DNA from: a virus
Lineage: Duplodnaviria > Caudoviricetes
Direction: 5' to 3' (one strand)
Virus record (IMG/VR): IMGVR_UViG_3300021124_000027
Span: 1-28,995 of that record
DNA: 28,995 bases
Part shown: piece after piece, positions 15,988 through 24,828 of the stretch
How positions within the stretch are numbered: the stretch's first letter is position 1
How the letters are laid out: each line of letters starts with the position of its first letter
Notes under the pieces: model-generated
Seen by the model: the letters and a program-made list of their open reading frames with translations, nothing else
Told to the model about the DNA's origin: nothing
Databases searched by the model: none
Position numbers and translations under genes: made by a program

Positions 15988-16190
15988 TTAAAGGTTATAG
16001 AGAGTTAACAGATGACGAAATCAAAAACATTAATGACATTAAAGAAATAGCAAATTTAATTGGTGGGATGATTGTAGAAATGGAAAAAACAAATGGTATT
16101 GATCAAAGATGGGTAGCAATTGCCAAAACGGATTTACAAAAAGGGTTTATGGCGATGGTTCGCTCAATCGCACAACCAACTTCATTTTAA
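15984..16190 (+). CDS. acb2: Acb2-family cyclic-nucleotide sponge (anti-CBASS)
   Basis: IKGYRELTDDEI..INDIKE and RWVAIAKTDLQKGFMAMVRSIAQPTSF closely follow Acb2 as recalled (IKGYRDLSQEEI..NRVKE...[27 protein letters not shown]). Confidence 0.9.
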   Translation: MIKGYRELTDDEIKNINDIKEIANLIGGMIVEMEKTNGIDQRWVAIAKTDLQKGFMAMVRSIAQPTSF

Positions 16191-16204
16191 TAGGGGATTA
16201 AGAT

Positions 16205-16912
16205 ATGACTGTATATAAGAAATTGCAAGAGGCTAGAAATCGGCTTAATAAGATTTCATTGAGTAAATCCGGGAAGAATGCGTTTGCCAAGTTTAATTAC
16301 TTTGAATTAGGCGACTTCATGCCAGCTGTTACCGGTATTTTTAATGATGTAGGCCTATGCGGAGTGGTTTCATTTACCACAGATACGGCATACCTCACTA
16401 TTTATGATGTGGATGGCGAGGAGAGATCATTTGTTACCTTCACTTCCCCGTTAGTAATGGCAAGCATGGATCGTGTGCAACCCATACAGCTGATGGGTAG
16501 TAGCCATACGTATTTTCGCAGATACCTTTATCTAATGGCGCTTGATCTAGTTGAGCACGATTCTGTAGATGCCGCTGAGCCACCAGCAAAAGTAGAAGTA
16601 AAAGCAAAGGTAGAGCCTAAGGTAGAAACAAAAGAAGAGCCTAAAGAAGAGACTCCCAAGCCAAAAATTGATTCAGCGAATTTAAAAGGCAAGGAAGGCC
16701 CGTGGCAATTAAAACTTAAAGAGGAAGGAGAGTGGCAAGTAACTGTTCAAGAAGCAACCAATATTTTATTGGCAATTGCAAAGACAAAGGATGATGTCAA
16801 CAATATTTATAAAGTAAATCGCGTTATTTACGACAAGTTAAAAGAAACAAATATTACTGTTTACGAAGAAATTATCAACGTTTTTAACATCACCAAGAAG
16901 GAATTATCATAA
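16205..16912 (+). CDS. erf: ERF-family ssDNA annealing recombinase
   Basis: VYKKLQEAR, KSGKNAF..FNYFELGDF, Q.MGSSHTYFRRY. Confidence 0.85.
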   Translation: MTVYKKLQEARNRLNKISLSKSGKNAFAKFNYFELGDFMPAVTGIFNDVGLCGVVSFTTDTAYLTIYDVDGEERSFVTFTSPLVMASMDRVQPIQLMGSSHTYFRRYLYLMALDLVEHDSVDAAEPPAKVEVKAKVEPKVETKEEPKEETPKPKIDSANLKGKEGPWQLKLKEEGEWQVTVQEATNILLAIAKTKDDVNNIYKVNRVIYDKLKETNITVYEEIINVFNITKKELS

Positions 16913-17190
16913 TGGATTACCCAAATAGCGGTGCTTTATTTAGAACTAAAGACAAGAAGCATGAAAAGTCTCCCGATATGTTTGGGTCTATGAAGCTAGA
17001 CAAGCATTACATCATGTCTTTAATTGAAGAATCTACAAGCCAATTGATTGAAATTAAATTCAGCGGATGGACTGCTGAGTCTCCGACCACTGGCACAAAA
17101 TATCTATCATTGAAATTAAATACAATGACTCCTCTTCCGAAGGAAAATGCTCCTAAAGAGGAAGATGACGACGAATCTATTCCGTTCTAG
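16912..17190 (+). CDS. Putative single-stranded DNA-binding protein
   Basis: NSGALF...KSPDMFG...KYLSL; acidic tail DDDESIPF; follows ERF. Confidence 0.65.
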   Translation: MDYPNSGALFRTKDKKHEKSPDMFGSMKLDKHYIMSLIEESTSQLIEIKFSGWTAESPTTGTKYLSLKLNTMTPLPKENAPKEEDDDESIPF

Positions 17191-17191
17191 T

Positions 17192-17605
17192 ATGGCAGAT
17201 ACTATTCAATTTGAAGGCGTTAAAACAGGGTTAAGGCAGTCTAAAGATGGTTATCTGCTAAGTATCGCAGTCCATCCGGATGACTTGCCTGGCGACTTGA
17301 TGCGTGACTTTGTTGGTTCTCGGTATATGGTGGTTATGGTACGTTTGAATGATGAGGAGATGCCTTATGAGCGCCCTAAACACCACCCAGAGGTAGCATC
17401 TGCCGGAATGTTATGCAGAGATAGAGACTTTTGGATGTATGTTGATGTAGCTTGTTCTGACACGATATCTTCTGAAGGCGAATGCACCGAATGGTTTAAG
17501 TTTTATTTTGATATTGATTCAAGAGCAGACCTTAAAACCAACGATGCGGCAAGAGAGAAATTCATTCAATTTAAAAAAGGATTTGAAGCATGGAAAAAAG
17601 AGTAA
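17192..17605 (+). CDS. Conserved phage hypothetical protein
   Basis: Start MADTIQFEGVK; RDFVGSRYMVVMV and AGMLCRD. Confidence 0.75.
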   Translation: MADTIQFEGVKTGLRQSKDGYLLSIAVHPDDLPGDLMRDFVGSRYMVVMVRLNDEEMPYERPKHHPEVASAGMLCRDRDFWMYVDVACSDTISSEGECTEWFKFYFDIDSRADLKTNDAAREKFIQFKKGFEAWKKE

Positions 17606-17886
17606 TTGAAAAGAAACTGATACCTTATAGCGTGTATCTCCCTAAAGAGTATCACGACAAGATATCAGGCCTTGCTAAGCAAAGAAAGGCATCTGGGTTG
17701 ATCCGTGATGCAATCTGCATGATGCTGGATGGCGGAGATCAGTATCGAAGTGGTTATAACCAAGCCATTAGAGATATTGTTGCTGAGATTAAGAGAACTC
17801 CTGGAATTACAGACTTTGCTTACAAAAACCTTAGATTGGATGATCTTGTTATGACGCAAATAAGAACCTTAATGGAGAATAAATGA
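17590..17886 (+). CDS. Ribbon-helix-helix-like DNA-binding protein
   Basis: PYSVYLPKEYHDKI...ASGLIRDAI. Confidence 0.6.
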   Translation: MEKRVIEKKLIPYSVYLPKEYHDKISGLAKQRKASGLIRDAICMMLDGGDQYRSGYNQAIRDIVAEIKRTPGITDFAYKNLRLDDLVMTQIRTLMENK

Positions 17887-18071
17887 GCAATGAGGACAAA
17901 GAGCATCTGCGAGCCATATATGCTGGACTAGCAATGATGGGGTTGATTCAAAAAAGTGTTTACCCCAATGAAATGGTTGTTAGTTTATCTTTTGATATGG
18001 CTGATTTAATGATGGAACATTTAAACCCTCAAGAGGGGATTGTAAAAGCAAGGAGAAAAAAGGTTGGATAA
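17883..18071 (+). CDS. Hypothetical protein
   Basis: YAGLAMMGL...FDMADLMM; related in pattern to 15069-15290. Confidence 0.7.
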   Translation: MSNEDKEHLRAIYAGLAMMGLIQKSVYPNEMVVSLSFDMADLMMEHLNPQEGIVKARRKKVG

Positions 18072-18210
18072 GAAGTTTTGTAGCTCGTGTCAGACGTTTA
18101 AGTTGGTGGCGGATATGAAGTTTATTAATACCGCAAATAAAAATGTAAAAAGATGGAAATGTAACAGTTGTTTTAACAAGAACAGTACCCAAAAATACAA
18201 AGGAAAATGA
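18064..18210 (+). CDS. Small Zn-finger protein (48 aa, TTG start)
   Basis: FCSSCQ...RWKCNSC; GGAG RBS. Confidence 0.65.
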   Translation: MDKKFCSSCQTFKLVADMKFINTANKNVKRWKCNSCFNKNSTQKYKGK

Positions 18211-18211
18211 A

Positions 18212-18520
18212 ATGAAAGAATTTACAGGGATATCCGGAAAAATGTATAAAGAAATTGATACAACGCCGCCTTCTCCAGAACACCCAAAGTGGTGGGAGGA
18301 AGAAGAGCCTAAATGTGATGCGGTAAACCATCCAAGCCATTATAAGGTTGGCGGTATCGAAACTATCGACTTCATTGAAGCTAAAGGACTTAATTACCAT
18401 CTCGGAAATGTTGTTAAATACATTACGCGAGCAGATTACAAAGGCAATAGATTGCAAGATCTTAAGAAAGCCCAATGGTATTTAAATAGAGCAATTTTAA
18501 ATTTGGAGAATGGTGAATGA
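18212..18520 (+). CDS. DUF3310 (SaV-like) protein
   Basis: VNHPSHY..GGIETIDFI...GNVVKYITRA..K...QDLKKAQWYL. Confidence 0.88.
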   Translation: MKEFTGISGKMYKEIDTTPPSPEHPKWWEEEEPKCDAVNHPSHYKVGGIETIDFIEAKGLNYHLGNVVKYITRADYKGNRLQDLKKAQWYLNRAILNLENGE

Positions 18521-18816
18521 AAAAAATATTGTTATCCCTTTTATTTGTAAGTTTTTTATCGGTGGCGGAAGGCATTGCTTGGATCAATAACAATGCTGGG
18601 GGCAAAATTATTATCACCAACGAAGTCTGTAAAGACTTAGATGGCAAGGTTTATAAAAAATTAAATCGTATTTATATGTATACATCTGAAGGGATAACAA
18701 TTGACGGGTGTTTCTATATTGCCGACGATTTGATTAATGCCGTATGGGTCAATGGGACGCAAATGAAATACCCTGTCTCTGATTTTATTTTATATGAGAA
18801 AAAGGTGGTTTTATGA
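18517..18816 (+). CDS. Hypothetical protein with signal-peptide-like N-terminus
   Basis: MKKILLSLLFVSFLSVAEG; NNAGGKI and GC motifs. Confidence 0.7.
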   Translation: MKKILLSLLFVSFLSVAEGIAWINNNAGGKIIITNEVCKDLDGKVYKKLNRIYMYTSEGITIDGCFYIADDLINAVWVNGTQMKYPVSDFILYEKKVVL

Positions 18817-18998
18817 AATTACTTATATTGAGTATTAGTATTTCTGTTGTTGTTTTATTGCACATTGCCTTGCTAAGAACCTTGCTAAATATAGACGGCA
18901 ATATACAATCAATCAAAGACTGCTCGTTAGCTGAGATCAGTCCAGATTTTACAATAAAAGAGAAAGAACTTTGCCGGAGTAAGCATGGAACAAAATGA
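18813..18998 (+). CDS. Membrane-anchored hypothetical protein
   Basis: Hydrophobic N-terminus; CSLAEISPDF...KELCR. Confidence 0.65.
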   Translation: MKLLILSISISVVVLLHIALLRTLLNIDGNIQSIKDCSLAEISPDFTIKEKELCRSKHGTK

Positions 18999-19152
18999 AC
19001 TAATGAAATATGACGACATGGGTAAAGAATTAAATGTGCCAATGAAGACAGCTCATATGCAAACAAAACGCGCGTTAGATAAAGCAAAACTTTTGCTTGA
19101 ATCCAAGGGTTTTAAGTTAAGCGATTTTTTTGAGGATAGCAAAGATGAGTGA
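18985..19152 (+). CDS. Small sigma-region-4-like HTH protein (55 aa)
   Basis: MKYDDMGKELNVPMKTAHMQTKRALDKAK. Confidence 0.55.
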   Translation: MEQNELMKYDDMGKELNVPMKTAHMQTKRALDKAKLLLESKGFKLSDFFEDSKDE

Positions 19153-19414
19153 ATGTATTAACCCAAAAGGATATATAAATGCTAATCAATTAATAATTGC
19201 TGCAAACAATGCAATTACTGATGAGTATAAAGCTACAGATAATTGGATTATTAACGCGTCAATTATGTTATATGAACAAGAAAAAAGGCTTGAAGAATTT
19301 AAAATGGAAATTGATATTTTTATCAAAATTATCAATAAAGAAAAAATCCCGGTTGAACTATTAATTCATTTAAATCCATTGCATTGTTCATTAATTGGAG
19401 AATTAAAAAAATGA
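19145..19414 (+). CDS. Hypothetical protein
   Basis: Packed ORF; start MSECIN. Confidence 0.6.
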   Translation: MSECINPKGYINANQLIIAANNAITDEYKATDNWIINASIMLYEQEKRLEEFKMEIDIFIKIINKEKIPVELLIHLNPLHCSLIGELKK

Positions 19415-19614
19415 GTAGATCACCAGCAATTGCAGAATTTAAAGATAAACATAATTATGATTTAGATTGTACAAGATGTAATAACTGTAAAAATTTTAAG
19501 CCGGGATATACGAAATTAGTAAATAGTATGCCAAGAAAAGTAAGACCTTACTGTAATTTGGGCGAGTTTTATACAAATAAATTTGCAATATGTAATGAAT
19601 GGGATGAAAAATGA
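19411..19614 (+). CDS. Cys-rich hypothetical protein
   Basis: CNNCKNF...YC...ICNEW. Confidence 0.7.
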   Translation: MSRSPAIAEFKDKHNYDLDCTRCNNCKNFKPGYTKLVNSMPRKVRPYCNLGEFYTNKFAICNEWDEK

Positions 19615-20063
19615 ATGAATTTAATAACTATTATTGTCAACACAATATACCAGCAATTAGTTGTTCAATATGTTCATATACTAGGGTTCAAACAAATGTC
19701 TCCCTCATTAATGTGGGAGAGATAAATGAACCAATCGGAAATTCTGAACAGTTGCCTGTTGCTTGGATGCACACTAATTCAGGACAAATATTTAAAACAG
19801 AAAAGCCTAATCAATTTGATTTGCCTTTGTTTACCCCACTTTACATACATCCAATGCGTGATGACGAAAACGATGATATTTTTCGCAAAGAACAAGTGGA
19901 AAAATTTTATGCGGAAGCAAGACCTTTGCGTGAAAAATATAAATTTCGTGAATTGAGTGATGAGGAAATAGAAAAAGTTTATAGTTCTATTCCCGAAATT
20001 AAAGGTTACGCACCAATATATGAATTTGCAAGAGCAATACTAAAGAAAGCGAGTGAAAAATGA
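19611..20063 (+). CDS. Mosaic hypothetical protein (PVAW / PLY / LSDEEI...FARAI modules)
   Basis: ATGA-coupled; ends FARAILKKASEK. Confidence 0.7.
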   Translation: MNEFNNYYCQHNIPAISCSICSYTRVQTNVSLINVGEINEPIGNSEQLPVAWMHTNSGQIFKTEKPNQFDLPLFTPLYIHPMRDDENDDIFRKEQVEKFYAEARPLREKYKFRELSDEEIEKVYSSIPEIKGYAPIYEFARAILKKASEK

Positions 20064-20254
20064 GTGAACTAACGAAAGATACAGAATGCCAATACTGTAA
20101 GCAAGGATGTTTTAGATGCGATGCAAGAAAAGCACTAACAGATGAGGAAATAAGCCAAGTGTATAAAGAAGTCAGCGAACCATTTGGTAAAAAAAGACTG
20201 TATGAAATACATGATTTTGCAAGAGCAATACTAAAGAAAGCGAGTGAGAAATGA
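20060..20254 (+). CDS. Hypothetical protein with Cys-rich N-terminus and LTDEEI...FARAI module
   Basis: CQYCKQGCFRC; ends FARAILKKASEK. Confidence 0.7.
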   Translation: MSELTKDTECQYCKQGCFRCDARKALTDEEISQVYKEVSEPFGKKRLYEIHDFARAILKKASEK

Positions 20255-20457
20255 CAGTAAATATTGGGGACACAGGGACTTACACTTCTTTTCCAGTAAG
20301 TCCTTATACAGGTCTGCCTGTTTGGTATTGTAAAGTTTTAAATATCCACGATGACCAATTGGATGTTGAAGTTATTGTTACTGGTGGATTAATTAAAAAA
20401 ACAATTTACAAAATTGATTTTAATAAAAAATTTATTTTATGGGATGGAATCAAATGA
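20251..20457 (+). CDS. Hypothetical protein
   Basis: ATGA-coupled. Confidence 0.6.
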   Translation: MTVNIGDTGTYTSFPVSPYTGLPVWYCKVLNIHDDQLDVEVIVTGGLIKKTIYKIDFNKKFILWDGIK

Positions 20458-20723
20458 CTTTAAGGCTTAAACCATCGTATATGGAATGGACACCAAATGA
20501 CTTAGCAGATGCTTTAAAAAACTGGTTAGGCAACAGAGAACAACTTTTGGCGGCAGCAAATATGCTACGACAACAAGCACAAGAGATTGAAAAATTAAAA
20601 CAAGAATTAGCATTGGCAAAAGCAGCAAGTATGTCATACGAAACTTGGTGGATTAAGTATAGAGATATGTCAGTTGAGTTAGATAAAGAACTTAAAGAAT
20701 TAAAGAAAGCGAGTGAGAAATGA
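20454..20723 (+). CDS. Coiled-coil hypothetical protein
   Basis: TPNDLADAL...AANMLRQQAQEIEKLK; ends LKKASEK. Confidence 0.7.
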   Translation: MTLRLKPSYMEWTPNDLADALKNWLGNREQLLAAANMLRQQAQEIEKLKQELALAKAASMSYETWWIKYRDMSVELDKELKELKKASEK

Positions 20724-20983
20724 ATGAACCAAAAACATGGATGAGCATCACCGAAGTGATTGAGAAGCTAGACGAATATGCCAAAGGGGATGAGTATCAG
20801 AAAGCAACAGAAGATGCAGTATTTTATTTAAACAGTCACAAAATTTCATTTGATTTATATAGAAACCAAATGTCTGCACAAAAGAACATTATTCATTCGT
20901 ATGAAAATTTAATTGAGGATAAAGACCAAGAAATTGAGAATTTAAAAAGCAAGGTCCAATACTGGAAAGGATTTCACAAATGA
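20720..20983 (+). CDS. Hypothetical protein
   Basis: ATGA-coupled. Confidence 0.65.
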   Translation: MNEPKTWMSITEVIEKLDEYAKGDEYQKATEDAVFYLNSHKISFDLYRNQMSAQKNIIHSYENLIEDKDQEIENLKSKVQYWKGFHK

Positions 20984-21192
20984 AACGCTGTTGGAATAGG
21001 CGCACATTGTACTCAGTCCATGTAAACAGACCAATTGAGAAGCCAGGGTTATGGAAAAACTTTATTGAAACAACTAATTTAAATAGTGCAATAAGATTTA
21101 ATAAGAAGTTGAAGTTGAAGTATAGGCAAATAGATGTAACAACATATGGCAGAAACCGTAAAAGGTTTGTTTTGAAAAAAAGTTGGTTATAG
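20980..21192 (+). CDS. Basic hypothetical protein
   Basis: ATGA-coupled; K/R-rich. Confidence 0.55.
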   Translation: MKRCWNRRTLYSVHVNRPIEKPGLWKNFIETTNLNSAIRFNKKLKLKYRQIDVTTYGRNRKRFVLKKSWL

Positions 21193-21201
21193 GGGGAATA
21201 A

Positions 21202-21507
21202 ATGAATAAAGAGTTAGATGATGCATTATGTGCTAAGTATCCAAAGATATTTGCACAACGCAATTGGCCAATGACTGAAACTTGTATGTGCTGGGGGTTT
21301 GAGTGCGGCGATGGTTGGTATGATTTGATAGATACGCTATGTCATTCCATACAAACATACTTGGATGCCCATGAGTTGCCACAGGTTGTAGCTACCCAAG
21401 TTAAATCAAAATTTGGCGAGTTACGATTTTATGTTGACGGCGGAGATCGGTTTACTGATGGGTTAATTACGTTTGCTGAAAACATATCAACAAAGATAAA
21501 GGAGTAA
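21202..21507 (+). CDS. Conserved phage hypothetical protein
   Basis: GFECGDGWYDLI and QVKSKFGELRFY motifs. Confidence 0.8.
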   Translation: MNKELDDALCAKYPKIFAQRNWPMTETCMCWGFECGDGWYDLIDTLCHSIQTYLDAHELPQVVATQVKSKFGELRFYVDGGDRFTDGLITFAENISTKIKE

Positions 21508-21510
21508 TAA

Positions 21511-22290
21511 ATGAATTGTTTTAAATTTAAAAGCGGTGAGCAACATATTGTTTTAGAAAATTATGATACTGATGCGAAAGTATATTTAAAATATACTGGA
21601 GATGAATCTTTTTTTAAAATGTTATTAAAGGTTGATGCTCTTAGACGCAGGGGTATAAAGCATCTTGAATTAATTGCTCCATATTTTCCAGGCTCTAGAC
21701 AGGATCGAATTAATGTACGAGGTGAGCCACTTACTGTAAAAGTTTATGCCGATATTATTAACCTACAACAGTTTGATAGGGTATACATTTTTGACCCACA
21801 TAGCGATGTTACACCTGCTTTGATTAACAATGTCTTTTCCATTGATAATCACGGGCTTGTAGCAACAGCTATTAATGCATACGAATGGCAGAATTACATC
21901 CTTGTTTCGCCAGATGCGGGATCCAATAAAAAAATCTATTCTTTATCTCAATTTCTAGATGGCCCACCTGTTATTCGTGCTGATAAGATTCGCAATACCA
22001 CAACAGGGGAAATTACCGGAACAGAGGTTTATTGTTCTGATCTCAATGGGCAAACCTGCATTATTGTGGATGACATTTGCTCTGGTGGCAGAACTTTTAT
22101 GGAGCTCGCCAAGAAGTTAAGGGAGAAAAATGCAGGAGAAATTATATTAATTGTGTCTCATTATGAAGGAGTTGCGAATTTACAACACATGAAAGAGAGT
22201 GGTATTGATAAAATCATTACAACAAATAGCATTAATGAATTAGCATCAACCGACTATTTGGAAGTAACTAATGTTTTTCAATTTATTTAA
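21511..22290 (+). CDS. Ribose-phosphate pyrophosphokinase-like protein; probable ADPR-PP synthetase (Adps) of NARP1
   Basis: PYFPGSRQDR, DPHS, VSPDAG and IVDDICSGGRTF PRTase loop; adjacent to a NAMPT-like gene. Confidence 0.88.
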   Translation: MNCFKFKSGEQHIVLENYDTDAKVYLKYTGDESFFKMLLKVDALRRRGIKHLELIAPYFPGSRQDRINVRGEPLTVKVYADIINLQQFDRVYIFDPHSDVTPALINNVFSIDNHGLVATAINAYEWQNYILVSPDAGSNKKIYSLSQFLDGPPVIRADKIRNTTTGEITGTEVYCSDLNGQTCIIVDDICSGGRTFMELAKKLREKNAGEIILIVSHYEGVANLQHMKESGIDKIITTNSINELASTDYLEVTNVFQFI

Positions 22291-22299
22291 GGGGAAATA

Positions 22300-23778
22300 A
22301 TGATTCCAAGCACAGCAATTGATGGGTATAAAGTAGACCATCGCAGACAGTATCCAGAGGGAACACAAGTAATTTATAGCAATTTAACAGCAAGAAAAAC
22401 TCGCAGAGAATACACCGATAAAATGGTATTCTTTGGCTTACAGTATTTCATCGAGCATTACTTATTAGATGAATGGAATAATGGATTCTTTTGGAGACCA
22501 AAGAAAGCGGTTATTAAACAGTTTAAACGCCGTATTGATAACTATCTTGGTCCAAATAATGTTGGCACTGAACACATCGAAGCACTGTATGATTTAGGAT
22601 ATCTACCAATTGAAATTTGTGCATTGCCAGAGGGTACGGTATACCCAACACGAGTGCCATGCATGACAATCACCAATACTCATCCGGAATTCTTTTGGAT
22701 TACCAATTATCTAGAAACAATCATTAGCACAACCCTATGGGGAATGTGTACAAGTGCTACCACTGCTTATGCATACAAAAAATTGTTGACTGAGTTTGCG
22801 AATAAAACAGGTGGAAGCTTAGATTTTGTAAATTGGCAGGCGCATGACTTTAGCTTTAGAGGAATGTTCGGCTTAGAAGCAGCTATGATGAGCGGTGCAG
22901 CCCATTTATTATGTTTTACAGGCACAGATACCATTCCGGCAATCGACTTCTTAGAGAAGTATTATGAGGCAGATTGTGAAAAAGAATTAATTGGTGGTAG
23001 CGTTGCAGCAACAGAGCATTCGGTTATGTGCGCTGGTGGAGAAGTAAACGAAGTAGAAACGTTTAGACGATTAATTGAAGATATTTATCCATCTGGTATT
23101 GTGAGTATTGTTTCAGACTCTTGGGACTTTTGGAAAGTGATGTCCGAGTATACAGTTACTCTCAAGGATAAGATTCTTGCGCGAGATGGTAAAGTGGTAT
23201 TTAGACCTGACTCCGGAGACCCAATAAAGATTATTTGTGGTGATCCAGACATGAGGGATAAATATACTTACAGGGGTGCAGTGCAGTGTTTATGGGATGT
23301 GTTTGGCGGCACAATTAATGATAAGGGTTACAAGGAATTAGATCCTCATGTTGGGCTTATTTATGGCGATTCTATTACTTATGAACGTGCCAAAGAAATC
23401 TGTGAGAGATTAGAACAGAAAGGGTTTGCTTCTACTAATATTGTATTTGGTATCGGTAGTTACACTTATCAGTATGTGACCAGGGACACAGACGGCTACG
23501 CAATTAAGGCCACTTATGCAGAGATTAATGGTGAGCCACATGAAATATTTAAACGCCCCAAGACAGATGATGGCACAAAGTTTTCCGCAAAAGGTAAGGT
23601 AGCGGTTTTAAGAAATGAAGTTAATGAGCTTTATGTGGTTGACCAAGTTCAGCCTTCATTTGATTTTGCAAAAGATCAATTAAAAAGGGTCTTTATCAAT
23701 GGTGCATCTAGTAGAAGTGTTACTCTGCAAGAAATTCGAGACCGAATCAACCTTAATTTAGCTATGGATTTACTATGA
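22300..23778 (+). CDS. Nicotinamide phosphoribosyltransferase-like protein; probable Namat of NARP1
   Basis: DGYKVDH..QYP, HDFSFRG, ATEHSVM, SIVSDSWD, RPDSGDP, IYGDSIT, FGIGS. Confidence 0.92.
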   Translation: MIPSTAIDGYKVDHRRQYPEGTQVIYSNLTARKTRREYTDKMVFFGLQYFIEHYLLDEWNNGFFWRPKKAVIKQFKRRIDNYLGPNNVGTEHIEALYDLGYLPIEICALPEGTVYPTRVPCMTITNTHPEFFWITNYLETIISTTLWGMCTSATTAYAYKKLLTEFANKTGGSLDFVNWQAHDFSFRGMFGLEAAMMSGAAHLLCFTGTDTIPAIDFLEKYYEADCEKELIGGSVAATEHSVMCAGGEVNEVETFRRLIEDIYPSGIVSIVSDSWDFWKVMSEYTVTLKDKILARDGKVVFRPDSGDPIKIICGDPDMRDKYTYRGAVQCLWDVFGGTINDKGYKELDPHVGLIYGDSITYERAKEICERLEQKGFASTNIVFGIGSYTYQYVTRDTDGYAIKATYAEINGEPHEIFKRPKTDDGTKFSAKGKVAVLRNEVNELYVVDQVQPSFDFAKDQLKRVFINGASSRSVTLQEIRDRINLNLAMDLL

Positions 23779-23961
23779 AAATGTATATATTTTGCTTATT
23801 AATAGCCTCCACAATGTGTGGATTAATTATTTTTTTAACTGAAATGGCAAGGGGGCAATAAATAATATGGGCCGTTTAATTGATTTTTTATTTAGCGTTT
23901 GGTTAAACGCCCTTATAGTGGCGTATGTGTATGTATGTTTTAAATATATTACGAGGGAAAT

Positions 23962-24150
23962 ATGAAAGATGCAAAGTGGGTTTATGAGTTTACATTAGAA
24001 GATGCGAAAAAGGCTTACAATTTATTAGCCATGCACCACAGTGAGTTATTAAATATGAATCACAAGCTCCAAGAGCAACTAAGAGATAGAAGTGTAACAA
24101 ATTTGTTAATGTGGAAAATTAGACGTTTATTTAAAAAGGTTTGGGAATGA
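23962..24150 (+). CDS. Hypothetical protein
   Basis: GAGG RBS; 62 aa. Confidence 0.6.
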   Translation: MKDAKWVYEFTLEDAKKAYNLLAMHHSELLNMNHKLQEQLRDRSVTNLLMWKIRRLFKKVWE

Positions 24151-24350
24151 AGGTTAAATTAGAAATAATTTCAGAGAATGAAGATGGATCAGCAATTGCT
24201 ACAGTTGAACTAGATAGGGAGACAATCAATTTTTTATCCGGAGAAGGTTTAATGGCAATCATTGAGCGAGCTATTGAATCTTCCGAGTCTTACATTGCTC
24301 CAAAGAAAGACTTGGTAGAGATGGAAAGGTTTAATGATGTGGAACTATAG
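24147..24350 (+). CDS. Hypothetical protein
   Basis: ENEDGSA motif; ATGA-coupled. Confidence 0.7.
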   Translation: MKVKLEIISENEDGSAIATVELDRETINFLSGEGLMAIIERAIESSESYIAPKKDLVEMERFNDVEL

Positions 24351-24549
24351 AATAGTAAAAACCACGGATGAAGTAACCAAAGAGCCCACTTATGAAATTT
24401 GTGAAGTTTATTACAACGCCATAGGAAAACCGACAGGCTTTTGTTCTGCAAAGTTACTTGGTGACACTATTGAGGAGTTGAAGTCCGTTTTAGAAATGCT
24501 TGGGTCTGCATATGAAAAGCCAGTTATTAAGTCAACAGATTTTAAATAG
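24334..24549 (+). CDS. Conserved phage hypothetical protein
   Basis: WNYRIV...ICEVYY...KPV. Confidence 0.75.
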   Translation: MMWNYRIVKTTDEVTKEPTYEICEVYYNAIGKPTGFCSAKLLGDTIEELKSVLEMLGSAYEKPVIKSTDFK

Positions 24550-24698
24550 TTTGAAATATTTCTTGTAAATAACCCGTTCGGTAACTTTTGGCAAATAATT
24601 CAAACTATTTACCCATAATGTTACCGATAGGGAACTTTTGCATAATATGTAACACATTAGTTATCTTTAAGTAACTTTTGTATCATTATTGGTACATC

Positions 24699-24752
24699 TT
24701 AAAATCCTATTCTTGGTAATTTATATTCTTCACAAATTAGTTTGGCATATTT
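24699..24752 (-). pseudogene. Orphan duplicate of the 3' end of the HEXXH gene (25320-25682)
   Basis: Translates as KYAKLICEEYKLPRIGF* versus KYAKIICKEYGLNRIGF* (13/17 identical). Confidence 0.88.
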
Positions 24753-24828
24753 ATGTTAAAATAAACAAAACCCTTAAAGGTCTGCAAACCAATAAGGGCT
24801 TCTAACCACCACAATATAGGAGTATTGC

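Larger units (their letters stand above)
20025..20723 (+). repeat. Three dispersed direct repeats at gene ends
   Basis: 39 bp at 20025-20063 and 20216-20254 (1 mismatch); 23-bp core at 20701-20723; each ends in an ATGA stop/start. Confidence 0.85.

Noticed and set aside
18072-18210. Possible tRNA in an apparent gap
   Set aside because: No cloverleaf or T-loop; the gap is filled by a CxxC-CxxC ORF. No tRNA was recognised anywhere in the window.
20025-20723. CRISPR array or attachment sites
   Set aside because: The repeats are coding, irregularly spaced and separated by whole genes; no integrase in the window.
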